A stretch of 64,000 bases of DNA. It comes from Nitrospirota bacterium (GTDB lineage Bacteria; Nitrospirota; UBA9217). The notes under the pieces are model-generated. The model saw only the letters and a program-made list of their open reading frames with translations, had not been told where the DNA came from and did no database searches. The stretch is from positions 1,408,001 through 1,472,000 of the forward strand of contig CAWFSF010000006.1 in the NCBI GenBank assembly GCA_963818475.1, given 5' to 3'. The position numbers and the translations under genes are program-made. Below are positions 64,000-64,000 of this stretch, one piece after another. The first letter of the stretch is position 1. Each line of letters opens with the position of its first letter.

Positions 64000-64000
64000 A

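Overview
64 kb of mostly core chromosome from a Gram-negative, GC-rich, probably anaerobic bacterium. Gene content (c7-type and multiheme cytochromes, sigma54 regulators, smc, archease-rtcB) suggests Nitrospirota or Desulfobacterota; this is inference. Many conserved genes (rtcB, rph, nfo, smc, livG, mltD, heptosyltransferase) carry single-base frameshifts, best explained by uncorrected sequencing indels, so split ORFs were rejoined by hand. Main result: two paralogous, apparently co-regulated clusters (16.0-19.8 kb, minus; 35.3-39.5 kb, plus). Each encodes a secreted beta-propeller with a His/Cys/Met ring at its blade tops and a C-terminal CxxCH, a MacB/FtsX-type ABC transporter with a periplasmic Cys-Cys motif, and a copper chaperone (PCuAC or NosL). 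Both promoters share the operator ATGTAAAATT-N2-AATTT-N4-TTGAC. This may be an undescribed nos-like copper-metalloprotein system; no nosZ is in the window. Also present: the 5' end of an ArsA-like type I PKS/FAS under a sigma54 promoter with three TGT-N11-ACA boxes beside relic tRNA-like 3' ends; an IS481-like element with a 6-bp target duplication; a family of short-period intergenic palindromes, two of which bracket an inserted sulP; a sigma54-driven heptaheme cytochrome c/cytochrome b pair; and DnaA plus NrdR-like boxes upstream of smc.
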